Part shown: positions 20,178 to 29,901 of the stretch, one piece after another
Position numbering within the stretch: position 1 is the stretch's first letter
Layout of the letters: every line of letters begins with the position of its first letter
DNA from: an uncultured bacterium
Lineage (GTDB): Bacteria; Fidelibacterota; Marinisomatia; Marinisomatales; AB-629-J13
Direction: 5' to 3'
Length of the DNA stretch: 42,852 nucleotides
Assembly (NCBI GenBank): GCA_964606925.1
Contig: CAZSIH010000006.1
Coordinates: forward strand, 1-42,852
Made by a program: the position numbers and the translations under genes
Notes under the pieces: generated by a model
Seen by the model: the letters and a program-made list of their open reading frames with translations, nothing else
Databases searched by the model: none
What the model was told of the DNA's origin: nothing

Positions 20178-21500
20178 ATGAAGCGTTTTACCCTAATACC
20201 TTTGATGGTTCTAAGTTGTCTCACTCCCGCAATTGGAAGTGAAGCAGGAGCCATATTTTTACTCATTTCACCCGGAGCCAGAGCAGGGGGAATGGGAGAA
20301 GCAAATGTGGCGGTTGCCGATGATGCGTATGCCAGTTATTGGAACCCTGCCGGATTAGGATTTTTAGAAGGATCAGAACTTGCTATGATGCATGTAAATT
20401 GGCTACCAAACCTTGCTGATGATCTGTATTATGATTTTTTTGCATTCAGAAAGCATGTACCCGATTTAGGTACATTTGGAGGTCATCTGATTTATTTGAG
20501 TCTGGGTGAACAAATTCGTATGGGGGAAGGTCCTGAAGATTATCTGGGTACATTTACAAGTTTTATGATGGCGACCACTATATCTTATAGTTCATTATTA
20601 TCACAATATTCTTCATTTGGTATAAATGCAAAGATTTCTTATCAGCATTTAGTAGATCTGGGAGCCGGTGCTGAAAAAGGGAAAGGAACCTCTCTGGATT
20701 TCGGGTTTGACCTTGGATATCTCAGAAAAGAATTCCTTACCCCAAAATTGGATATTGGAATAACAATCACAAATATTGGACCTAAAGTAGCGTTCATAGA
20801 TCCTGCACAAGCAGATCCCCAACCTACAAACCTTACCTTTGGAATTAATTACAGGGTGATTGACAGTGAATTCAACAAATTATCCCTAATTTATGATGTA
20901 AATAAATTACTTGTTGCATCCTATCCCGATATGGATTGGGATGGAGATGGTTTTGTCGGTCGCTATGATGATGAAGGTCATTACAGCATTAGCGGAGAAT
21001 ATAATCAAAATGGAGATCAGGAAACTGCGCATACAGATCCCGTTTATATTGCATTATTTACATCATGGGTAGATGACTGGCTATTAGGCGGGGATACTGA
21101 TTTTAGCGGTGATGGGAAAATCGGCGGATATGATTCAGAAGGATTTCCGACAGATTCAATTTCTTTTGGTGCTCCAGGATATGGTGAATATGGATGTGAG
21201 GACACGGAAATTAATTGTTCAGAAGAAAATTTAGTTTTGGAGGTTGGTACGGGTGATTCCAGAACTATTAAAAATGAGTTAGAAAAACTGGTTCATAATT
21301 TTGGAATGGAATATTGGTATTCCAAGTATTTTGCCCTGCGGGCAGGTTATTATTTGGATCAATCCGGAAAAATATCAAATCCGACATTTGGAGTTGGACT
21401 GCGGTTTTCCGGTTATGGATTTGATTTTGGTTACACTTCCGGAGATCCTGGGCATCCACTTACCAACACAATGCGCTTTTCCCTTAACTGGGAATTTTAA
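20178..21500 (+). CDS. porV: PorV/PorQ family outer-membrane barrel (T9SS shuttle-like)
   Basis: FLLISPGARAGGMGE..VA..DDA.A.YWNPAGL, WLP.L..D, N.GPK, P.NL..G, FALRAGYY, HPL.NT.RFSL. Confidence 0.88.
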   Translation: MKRFTLIPLMVLSCLTPAIGSEAGAIFLLISPGARAGGMGEANVAVADDAYASYWNPAGLGFLEGSELAMMHVNWLPNLADDLYYDFFAFRKHVPDLGTFGGHLIYLSLGEQIRMGEGPEDYLGTFTSFMMATTISYSSLLSQYSSFGINAKISYQHLVDLGAGAEKGKGTSLDFGFDLGYLRKEFLTPKLDIGITITNIGPKVAFIDPAQADPQPTNLTFGINYRVIDSEFNKLSLIYDVNKLLVASYPDMDWDGDGFVGRYDDEGHYSISGEYNQNGDQETAHTDPVYIALFTSWVDDWLLGGDTDFSGDGKIGGYDSEGFPTDSISFGAPGYGEYGCEDTEINCSEENLVLEVGTGDSRTIKNELEKLVHNFGMEYWYSKYFALRAGYYLDQSGKISNPTFGVGLRFSGYGFDFGYTSGDPGHPLTNTMRFSLNWEF

Positions 21501-21515
21501 AACCCTTCGTATTTA

Positions 21516-24305
21516 ATGTATAAAAATTTCTGCAGGATTTTAATCCCATTCCTGCTTTTCGCACTTCAGTATATTTCTGGTGATGTGATTGGACAAAAAA
21601 AAGTGATTTGTCTTCGGGTGGAGTTTCAGGAAAGTGAATCCTCTGGTACAACAGGAAATGGCCATTTTTTAATGAATCCGGATACATCATGCGGAAATTA
21701 CCTTATTGATCCTCCTCCCCATGATAAAGCATATTTTGAATCCCAATTGAAAGCAATGAACAATTATTTTCAAAGTGTATCCTACGAAAAATTTGGAATA
21801 GACTTGGAACAATCCAAAATTTATCCGGAATCGAATAATTTTGCATATACCTTACAGTTTCCCATGAATTATTATAATCCCTATGGCGAAACTGAAACTG
21901 TAAAAGAAGAGAGGTTAGTTAAATTATTCAAAGATGCAATTTCTGTTGCTGATTCTGTAGATTTAATTTCATTTGATGATTCAGATTTTGTGATTGTTTT
22001 TCATGCAGGAATTGGACAGGATTTCAGTTTACCATATTTGGATCCAACGCCGGAAGATATTCCAAGTACTTATGTGGATAGAGAAATGTTGGGAGAACCA
22101 TTTCTGGGTATTGAACATGGAATTATTCTACCGGAAACGGAAAACCATTTATTGTATGAAGAGGGAAGTGTTTTATTTGATCAATCTTCCCAACCTTGTG
22201 ATTATCAATATGGATTAACGGGAGTCATGGCTTTGATGGTTGGATTTGCTTCCGGCTTACCACCACTTTGGGATTTGGAGTCAGGAGAAAGTAGAATCGG
22301 TATTTTTGGACTAATGGACCAAGGATCAAATAATGGGAGAGGTTTAATCCCTTCTCCTCCCGATGCATGGACACGAATAGTTGCAGGGTGGGAAACACCA
22401 ACAACAATAAGTACTCTGAATTCGGTTTCAATATTGTCAAGACATGAAGGTAATATTTTCAAAGTAATTATGACTGATACTGAATATTTTCTCATTGAAA
22501 ATCGAAATAATTGGATTTATTCAAATGTGAGTATTGATTCACTAAGATATACCCAGTGGGAAGAAACGGACCGATACCCACCATTTATTGAGATATTGAT
22601 GGATTCGGTTAATATTGAAAAAGATGATAACGGTGTCATCACCCAAATTCCCAATTACGATTTAGGATTACCTGCTTCCGGTTTGCTGATTTGGCATATT
22701 GATGAAACTATAATAAATAATGGAATCGATAATTACACTATTAATTCGGATCGTATTCTAAAAGGGGTTGACTTGGAAGAAGCAGATGGTGCCCAAGATA
22801 TTGGTTATCCGTCTATTTTTCTATTTCAGGATCCATCCAGTGGTTATTTTGGAGATATGTGGTTTGACGGAAATCCTGAGTATGAAAGATTAAACAGTGA
22901 ATTTGATCTCCCTGAATTTGGTCCATTTACGTATCCAAATACACATACCAATAACGCTACTGCAACCTATTTAAAAATATTTGATATAAGTGAGCCAGGA
23001 GATACAATGTCATTTTCGGTTTCAAATTCTTATCAATTAGACGGATTTCCAGATTTCTCTGCACATTTCCAATTAATTTACCAATATGAATCAGGGCAAA
23101 ATATTATTGGAGGAATTGATTCAGTCCGGTGGGCTTCATATCTCGATCCATTTGAAAGGACAATTTTATATACTAAGCAATCAATTGAAAATTCATTGTT
23201 TTTTACCCAAGGGAGGGTAATTGAGGAAGAAATACTACATATAATCGAACACGGGGAAAACACATCCATTTGGAATAAGTTTGAATGGAAAGAACATGAA
23301 AATAGATACGATTTGATGGAGCAAACTTTTTATGATTCAATTATTTACATTCTCGCTGAATTAGAGACAGATGTTTTATTTAGTGTAAATGATGAATCTT
23401 ATAATAATTTTTTAAAAACCGCCATGGTAATACAAGAAAATGATACGGTTTCTTTCTTTATTGATGAAAATATTTTGAGGATAGAATCGGGATTTTCAGA
23501 TGATAAATCGGTCTATTTTGACCATAATTTAAATAATCTTATTGCTATTGATTTAGATTTGGATGGAAGGGGAGACGCAATTATTTTGGATGAAAATGGA
23601 ACTCTATTTGCTATAGACCAAAATGGTAGTTTAATGCCGGGATTTCCTGTCAATGGAAGTTTTGATGGAAATATTTTTGCCAATCAGATTTTAGATGATA
23701 ATCACCCTGAAATTATAGTTGAAGATTTAATTAATAAGAAATATTTCATCATTAATTGGAATGGAGATATTGAATTATCTTTTCCTTTATCAAACTCAGA
23801 AAGAGTAAAATTTATTTATGAAAGGATTTTAAATGAGGGTAGTTTTATTTTCAAAGTCAAAGAGGTAGGTACATCTTTTTCAATATGGTCTTTTTCCTTT
23901 GGATCGGATTCGTCCTATATATCTTATTGTTGCAATGAGTGGAATTATCCTAACGGAGATATGGGACACACCCGAACGTTAAAATTGAACTATTCAATTT
24001 CATCCCCAATTCAAGATCAATTATTTGATTCAAACAGAACTTATGCTTATCCGAATCCGGCAACTGAAAATTACGTAAAGATCAGAATTCAGGTAGAATC
24101 TGCCAATAATATCGAATGCAAGATTTATGATTTAGCTGGATTTTATATTGATAAACTAATTTTAGATAATCCAATTCAGGGAATGCCGAATGAAATAGTT
24201 TGGGATGTGTCTGATGTAGAATCAGGAATTTACTATATTGATCTTACGGTTCAGGGAAATAACCAAACCCAGTCGAAATTGATCAAAGCAGGAATTGTGC
24301 ACTAA
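21516..24305 (+). CDS. M6 (immune inhibitor A)-like metalloprotease homologue lacking zinc ligands, with FG-GAP-like region and T9SS type A C-terminal domain
   Basis: YF..VSY, IVFHAG.G, EYFLIENR, GLLIWHIDE, LEEADG..D; DLDLDG and PGFPV; CTD YAYPNP...IYDLAG...WD...SGIY...K. Confidence 0.8.
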   Translation: MYKNFCRILIPFLLFALQYISGDVIGQKKVICLRVEFQESESSGTTGNGHFLMNPDTSCGNYLIDPPPHDKAYFESQLKAMNNYFQSVSYEKFGIDLEQSKIYPESNNFAYTLQFPMNYYNPYGETETVKEERLVKLFKDAISVADSVDLISFDDSDFVIVFHAGIGQDFSLPYLDPTPEDIPSTYVDREMLGEPFLGIEHGIILPETENHLLYEEGSVLFDQSSQPCDYQYGLTGVMALMVGFASGLPPLWDLESGESRIGIFGLMDQGSNNGRGLIPSPPDAWTRIVAGWETPTTISTLNSVSILSRHEGNIFKVIMTDTEYFLIENRNNWIYSNVSIDSLRYTQWEETDRYPPFIEILMDSVNIEKDDNGVITQIPNYDLGLPASGLLIWHIDETIINNGIDNYTINSDRILKGVDLEEADGAQDIGYPSIFLFQDPSSGYFGDMWFDGNPEYERLNSEFDLPEFGPFTYPNTHTNNATATYLKIFDISEPGDTMSFSVSNSYQLDGFPDFSAHFQLIYQYESGQNIIGGIDSVRWASYLDPFERTILYTKQSIENSLFFTQGRVIEEEILHIIEHGENTSIWNKFEWKEHENRYDLMEQTFYDSIIYILAELETDVLFSVNDESYNNFLKTAMVIQENDTVSFFIDENILRIESGFSDDKSVYFDHNLNNLIAIDLDLDGRGDAIILDENGTLFAIDQNGSLMPGFPVNGSFDGNIFANQILDDNHPEIIVEDLINKKYFIINWNGDIELSFPLSNSERVKFIYERILNEGSFIFKVKEVGTSFSIWSFSFGSDSSYISYCCNEWNYPNGDMGHTRTLKLNYSISSPIQDQLFDSNRTYAYPNPATENYVKIRIQVESANNIECKIYDLAGFYIDKLILDNPIQGMPNEIVWDVSDVESGIYYIDLTVQGNNQTQSKLIKAGIVH

Positions 24306-24306
24306 T

Positions 24307-24451
24307 TTGATTTTCACTTTAATAAAACTGAAAAATCAATTCAAAAACCCCCACTTTTTTTCTCCCCTTTTAAAGGAGAGAATGATAGGGAATAGCATAA
24401 ATTGGTCGATCAATTTACTTTCCCCTGTCATAGGGGAAATAAAAAGGGGTA
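24307..24451. repeat. Cluster of four inverted repeats (terminator / REP-like / structured RNA)
   Basis: TTGATTTTCA/TGAAAAATCAA; TTCTCCCCTT/AAGGAGAGAA; near-perfect palindrome TAAATTGGTCGATCAATTTA; TTTCCCCT/AGGGGAAA. Confidence 0.65.
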
Positions 24452-24588
24452 CTAATTTTTGTAATGACTACCAGTCTCGTACAAAAATTGATTTTGATGT
24501 TATTGATTTTTTAAGGTTTAAATAATTTAGGCATAATCCAATCGTATTTTTCTATTCAATTTTTTATATAACCAAGGGAAGAATAGGA

Positions 24589-27534
24589 GTGATACTAAAA
24601 AATAGTTTTTTACACATAGTTATTACAAATTTAATATTCATTTCTGTTTCTGTTGGACAAACCAAATACAACCATCCCGAAATTGATTGGCAAACATTTG
24701 AAACTGAACATTTTTTAATTCATTTTTATGATGACACGGAACATTCTGCCAGGGAAGGTGCTAAAGTCGCTGAACGAATCTATCCGATTATAACTGATTT
24801 GTACAACTATGAACCTCCCCAAAAAACTCACATTATTTTTACAGATGTTGATGATATTTCAAACGGTGCTGCCTATTATTACGATAATAAAATTATTATC
24901 TGGACGTCTCCTTTAGATTTTGATCTGCGAGGAAGTCACCGCTGGCTGCAGAATGTGATCACTCATGAATTCACACATATTGTTTCCATACAAAAAGCCA
25001 TGAAATTCGGTCAGAATATTCCCGGAGGATATCTCCAATTTATGGGATATGAAGATATCAAACGAAAAGATGTCTTGTATGGCTACCCAAATGTGCTCAT
25101 AAGTTATCCTATCCCAGGAACGGTTGTTCCGCCTTGGCTTGCAGAAGGAACAGCTCAATATATGTATGAAAATGCAGATTGGGATAATTGGGACACTCAT
25201 CGAGATATGATTTTGAGAGACAGATTTTTAAACGACAATTTGTTATCCCTTGCGGAAATGAACACATTTGGGAAAACCGGAATTGGAAATGAATCCACCT
25301 ATAATTCTGGTTATGCTCTCTGCAGTTTTATTGCTGAAAATTACGGAAGTGAATCTTTGCGGAAAATTATGGATGAATTATCTAATCCATTTTCTTTTTC
25401 AGTATATTCTGCTATAGAAAACACTATAGGAATTTCTGCTAAAAAATTATATAATAATTTCAAAAATGAACTTGGGAATAAATATTCAAATTTTGGTAAG
25501 ATCATTTCTGACAATGAAAAAACGGGAAATATTATTATATCAGAAGGGAGTACTAATCTTCATCCTGCTTGGTCTCCAATTGGAGATAAATTTTCTTATA
25601 TATCGAATAAAAATAATGATTATTTTGGACAAACTTCACTTTATGTCTATGAAATAAATACAAAAAAAGATACGTTAATATCCAGCGGTGTCCAGAGTAA
25701 GGCTTCGTGGAGTGGTGATGGAACTAAAATTGTTTATTCTAAAAAACCAAAATATCCCAATAAACATGGATCAAAATATTTTGATTTATTTCAATACGAT
25801 TTCAAAACTAAAAAAGAGTCACGGCTGACGAATGAATCCAGAGGGTTTTCCCCGGTATGGATTTCTGATTCTACTTTAGCATATATTGCCACATTCGGAG
25901 GAATCCAAAATATATTTTTATGGGACAATGAATCAAAAACATCCGATAAACTGACGAATTTCAGTGATAAACGAATCGTCCATTCCCTCTATTTTGATAA
26001 TAATAATGACAGGATTATTTTTGATCATACTTTGAATCATTTTCGTGATGTCGGTTATTATGATTTTAAAGAGCAGAAAATCAAAAATATATTGGCCAAT
26101 CCATGGGATGAACGCTCATTAATTAAGAATAAAAATAGTTATATTTATTCTGATGACAAATCAGGAATTTTTAATTTGGCAATGATTGATGACTCCGGAA
26201 ATAAAAAATATATTACCAATGTAACCGGTGGTACGTTTATGCCGGATGTGAATGAAAAAGGGCAGATTCTATTTTCAATTTATAAAAATGGTAAATATTC
26301 AATCTCCATTATAGAATCAATTCAATTTTGTGAACCACCTGTTTTAAGAGAAAGAGAATTTGATTTTACACCACCAATTATGACAGAGAGGGAAGATAAA
26401 AAAGAAACATACGAAGACCAGTTTCCCCCCATGTTTATCCTGCCAAAATTGATGAGTGACTATAAAACGATCAAACCGGGATTTTATTTCTACTCCAGTG
26501 AAATTTTGGAACGATTAACCCTTTTTGGTGGGGCTTCTTCAAATTTGAATAAGGATATGGATTTATTTTTTTTATTGGAGTTCAAGCGATTTTATCCAAC
26601 ATTATTTGTGGAAGTATTTTACCTTACCAGGAATAAATTTGAACAAAATCAATATTCGGTTTATCCGGTAGATGATAATTTAAAATTCAGAATGATCCAG
26701 TTTAGATTTGGAGCAAAAATATCTGTTCTGGGAATCCACTCCGTTGAATCTTACTTTACTTGGCAAAGATACAGGGCATTTTTCAAAAGAAGCATCCCTC
26801 TTGAAAACTTCCAGGGAGGCGCTGCTTATGATTATTTTCGTGGATTATTAGCAGGAATACAATGGAAAACAAAGTCATTAAAACGCAGAGCCGGTTTTGG
26901 ATTTCTCCCCTCAAAAGGATTTGAGATTGATCTACACATTAGCTATGAACATAATGAATTTATCACCGGATTGAATCTGTCTGAATCGGGAACATTATTG
27001 GAAGAGTTTTCTCCGAATCATACCGGTAAATTGGAAACAACAGGAACTTACAATTTAGAAATCCCTAAAACAAATGGATGGATGCTTTCAACCAACACAA
27101 GTTTAGGATATCTCACCAATTCAAAAGTAGATTCCTTTTTTCACTTTTTTGCAGGAGGCTTGCCGGGATTAAAAGGATATCCTTTTTATAGTATAGAAGG
27201 AACAAAAAAAGGAATTGAAACTATGTCCCTTAGAATTCCAATAATAAAAAATCATAACATTCCCATTGGTTTTTTTACATTTCAAAACAGCTCCCTTGGA
27301 TTCGTTTATAGCATAGGAGATGCATGGAGAAAAACTAATGAAATTGAGTGGAAACAATCAGCCGGACTAGAGTTAAGAATCAATGGATTTTCCTTTTATA
27401 ATTATCCAACGGCAATCACCATGGAAATTCATAGAGGATTGAATTCATTTACCAATGAGATTGGGGGTGAAACTCTTAAATTCGGAGGTGAAAATCAGTT
27501 TTATTTATCGATTTTATTTGGTTTTAATAATTAA
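24589..27534 (+). CDS. Peptidase MA (HExxH) + TolB/PD40 propeller + Omp85/BamA-like barrel protein
   Basis: W....TEHF...F, THEFTH, PPWLAEG; PAWSP.G and SWS.DG repeats; GG..GLKGY loop-6-like motif; C-terminal beta-signal-like YLSILFGF. Confidence 0.78.
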   Translation: MILKNSFLHIVITNLIFISVSVGQTKYNHPEIDWQTFETEHFLIHFYDDTEHSAREGAKVAERIYPIITDLYNYEPPQKTHIIFTDVDDISNGAAYYYDNKIIIWTSPLDFDLRGSHRWLQNVITHEFTHIVSIQKAMKFGQNIPGGYLQFMGYEDIKRKDVLYGYPNVLISYPIPGTVVPPWLAEGTAQYMYENADWDNWDTHRDMILRDRFLNDNLLSLAEMNTFGKTGIGNESTYNSGYALCSFIAENYGSESLRKIMDELSNPFSFSVYSAIENTIGISAKKLYNNFKNELGNKYSNFGKIISDNEKTGNIIISEGSTNLHPAWSPIGDKFSYISNKNNDYFGQTSLYVYEINTKKDTLISSGVQSKASWSGDGTKIVYSKKPKYPNKHGSKYFDLFQYDFKTKKESRLTNESRGFSPVWISDSTLAYIATFGGIQNIFLWDNESKTSDKLTNFSDKRIVHSLYFDNNNDRIIFDHTLNHFRDVGYYDFKEQKIKNILANPWDERSLIKNKNSYIYSDDKSGIFNLAMIDDSGNKKYITNVTGGTFMPDVNEKGQILFSIYKNGKYSISIIESIQFCEPPVLREREFDFTPPIMTEREDKKETYEDQFPPMFILPKLMSDYKTIKPGFYFYSSEILERLTLFGGASSNLNKDMDLFFLLEFKRFYPTLFVEVFYLTRNKFEQNQYSVYPVDDNLKFRMIQFRFGAKISVLGIHSVESYFTWQRYRAFFKRSIPLENFQGGAAYDYFRGLLAGIQWKTKSLKRRAGFGFLPSKGFEIDLHISYEHNEFITGLNLSESGTLLEEFSPNHTGKLETTGTYNLEIPKTNGWMLSTNTSLGYLTNSKVDSFFHFFAGGLPGLKGYPFYSIEGTKKGIETMSLRIPIIKNHNIPIGFFTFQNSSLGFVYSIGDAWRKTNEIEWKQSAGLELRINGFSFYNYPTAITMEIHRGLNSFTNEIGGETLKFGGENQFYLSILFGFNN

Positions 27535-27555
27535 TTGTTTTTGGAGAAATGGAAC

Positions 27556-28545
27556 ATGAATAAGTTTGTTTTATCAATGTTTTTTTGTACTTCCATCATT
27601 TTTGGAGGAAATCTACTGGAAAACTATGACGGTAGGTTTGAACCGAATTATATCTTGAGTGATACTACAGATATATCAACCTCTGAAGAATCAGTTAATT
27701 CTAAACAAATATATCCCGCCCGTTCATTGGTGCGATCTTTGATTTTTCCCGGATGGGGACAAATTTATAATCAATCCCCGTGGTGGAAATCGGTATTATT
27801 TGCTGGAGTGGAAATTGCCGGAATTGCAGGATGGCTGGAATGGAATAAAAAAGCAGAAGGAGTACGATTGGATTATGAAAATTTTGCTGATAATAAATGG
27901 AGCATTTTAAATTGGATAACATTCACACAACAATTAAGTGATATTATTTCCGACAGTCTTCCAGCCTGGGATACAGATGTAAAAATAGAAGGAACTCATC
28001 ATTTGGATATTGTTTATAATGATCAGATATATTCGTCTGATTGTTTATATGATTTGAATTGGGATATGGAAGGAGGTGAGGATGATTGTACACTTCCCGG
28101 AACTCCGGACGGTATGGATGAGGATCTTTATAATACTGCATATATTCCGACATTAATTGAGAATGGTTCAATAAATGTTATTAAGGACAGAGATTATTAC
28201 GAAAATATTGGAAAATATGATCAATTTGTGGCAGGTTGGGATGAAATATTGGGAAATTATATTATTCAGTACAAGGACGTTGGAGACACGACGGAAATTA
28301 TTATTTCCAGTTCAATAAAAGATAATTATTTATCTCAAAGGGAAAAAAGTAATGAGTATTTGACCATGGCAACTTATGCTGTCAGCGCAGTGATGTTTAA
28401 TCATATTCTCAGCGCATTTGAAGCTGTTTGGACATCAACTCGTAAAACAAGAGAGACTAAACCGATTGATACTTCTGTGAAACTCATCTATGATAAATAT
28501 GCTCAATATGGAGTTGGTGGAGTTTCTTTTTCAATAAATTTTTAA
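27556..28545 (+). CDS. Exported/membrane protein with DUF5683-like motif
   Basis: SLIFPGWGQIYN..WWK, YYE.IGKY.QF..GW, N...SA..A; aromatic C-terminal strand. GGAG site before ATG 27556. Confidence 0.65.
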   Translation: MNKFVLSMFFCTSIIFGGNLLENYDGRFEPNYILSDTTDISTSEESVNSKQIYPARSLVRSLIFPGWGQIYNQSPWWKSVLFAGVEIAGIAGWLEWNKKAEGVRLDYENFADNKWSILNWITFTQQLSDIISDSLPAWDTDVKIEGTHHLDIVYNDQIYSSDCLYDLNWDMEGGEDDCTLPGTPDGMDEDLYNTAYIPTLIENGSINVIKDRDYYENIGKYDQFVAGWDEILGNYIIQYKDVGDTTEIIISSSIKDNYLSQREKSNEYLTMATYAVSAVMFNHILSAFEAVWTSTRKTRETKPIDTSVKLIYDKYAQYGVGGVSFSINF

Positions 28546-28555
28546 ATATGAGTAT

Positions 28556-29314
28556 ATGATGAATTATTTAAGATTATGGATTGTCGTTCCCACATTAATT
28601 TGGATGGGATGCGCAGGAAATATTACGGATGATGATAATTATGATACCCAATTCAAGGAAGCATTACGCTTATTAGAAAAGGAAAAATTTATCAGTGCGC
28701 AGGATATTTTAAACAGATTGGCAATTCGGGCGTCTCATACTGACATGGGTGATAACATTCAATATCATTTGGGAGAATCATATTTTTTAAACGAAGAATA
28801 TCAGTTAGCTATCATTGAATATGATAAATTGGTCCGAAGAATGGGATTCAGTCCCTTGGTTGAACAGGCTCGTTGGAGAATTTGTGAATGTTATGTAGCC
28901 ATGTCGCCTAAATACTATTTAGATCAAGTATCTTCAGAAAAAGCTATCGATAAACTTCAGGAATTTCTGGAAGATTATCCTTATTCTGATCAAAAAATAT
29001 CTGCAAATAACACTGTTCAGAATTTGAGGAATAAATTGGGTGAAAAAGCAATTGGAGCCGGAATATTATATATAAAATTAGGTGCTTATGACTCTGCAAT
29101 TCTTGCTTTTGAACAGATGCTTGAAGATTTTTATGATACAGAATATGTTTCAGAAGCACATCTGGGGATTATTCGTTCCTACAGCGCCATGGAAAAAGTG
29201 GATGAAGTCGAAAAATACTATCAATCTTTTAAACATGTATTCTCCAATGATATGGATATAGAAGCTAATGAAATCATAAATGATTTGAAAAAAAGAATAT
29301 TAAAAAAAGGGTAA
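28556..29314 (+). CDS. bamD: Outer membrane protein assembly factor BamD
   Basis: Lipobox WMGC, TPRs, SP....DQ....AI..LQ.F...YP.S, Y.K...Y.SA. Confidence 0.88.
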   Translation: MMNYLRLWIVVPTLIWMGCAGNITDDDNYDTQFKEALRLLEKEKFISAQDILNRLAIRASHTDMGDNIQYHLGESYFLNEEYQLAIIEYDKLVRRMGFSPLVEQARWRICECYVAMSPKYYLDQVSSEKAIDKLQEFLEDYPYSDQKISANNTVQNLRNKLGEKAIGAGILYIKLGAYDSAILAFEQMLEDFYDTEYVSEAHLGIIRSYSAMEKVDEVEKYYQSFKHVFSNDMDIEANEIINDLKKRILKKG

Positions 29315-29901
29315 TGAAAATATGTTTATTCGGAGGAACATTTGATCCTCCTCATTTAGGTCATTTACTCATTGCACAAACGGTTTGTGAAGCAGAAAAT
29401 TTTGATAAAATAGTATTTATTCCTGCGCTAAATCCTCCTCATAAAAATCGGAATGATATTACCCCGGTTAAATTAAGGTTGGAAATGCTTGAAACCGCTG
29501 TATTGGATAATCCCCGATTTGAAATATCACAAATGGAGATACTGAGGGGTGGAACATCCTTTTCTGTCGATACAATAAAGCAATTCAAAACTGAAAATCA
29601 ATTAACTAAAGATAATCTATTCTTTCTCATAGGAAGTGATACACTGGGGAAATTTGATTTATGGAAAGAACCAAAAATAATTGTGGATGAATGTTCTGTT
29701 CTGGTAGCAGTTCGCCCAGGATTTAAACCAAGTACCATTCCGAATTGGATTTTGCATAATATCCAATTCGCAAATATCCCGAGATTTGAAATATCCAGTT
29801 CTAATATTCGCAGACGTTGGAAGGAGAATAAAACAATTCGATACATGGTAACTCTATCTGTATGGGATACGATCAATAAATACAATTTATATTCATCATG
29901 A
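29314..29901 (+). CDS. nadD: Nicotinate-nucleotide adenylyltransferase
   Basis: GGTFDPPHLGH, PPHK, IGSD, ISSS.IR. Confidence 0.96.
   Translation: MKICLFGGTFDPPHLGHLLIAQTVCEAENFDKIVFIPALNPPHKNRNDITPVKLRLEMLETAVLDNPRFEISQMEILRGGTSFSVDTIKQFKTENQLTKDNLFFLIGSDTLGKFDLWKEPKIIVDECSVLVAVRPGFKPSTIPNWILHNIQFANIPRFEISSSNIRRRWKENKTIRYMVTLSVWDTINKYNLYSS

Noticed and set aside
24307-24451. Hairpins as a CRISPR array or integron attC site
   Set aside because: There are no repeated units with spacers and no RYYYAAC...GTTRRRY ends.
24295-24525. 76-aa + strand ORF across the hairpin region
   Set aside because: It overlaps the upstream stop, has no ribosome-binding site or motif, and is better explained by the inverted repeats. 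A leader peptide cannot be fully excluded.
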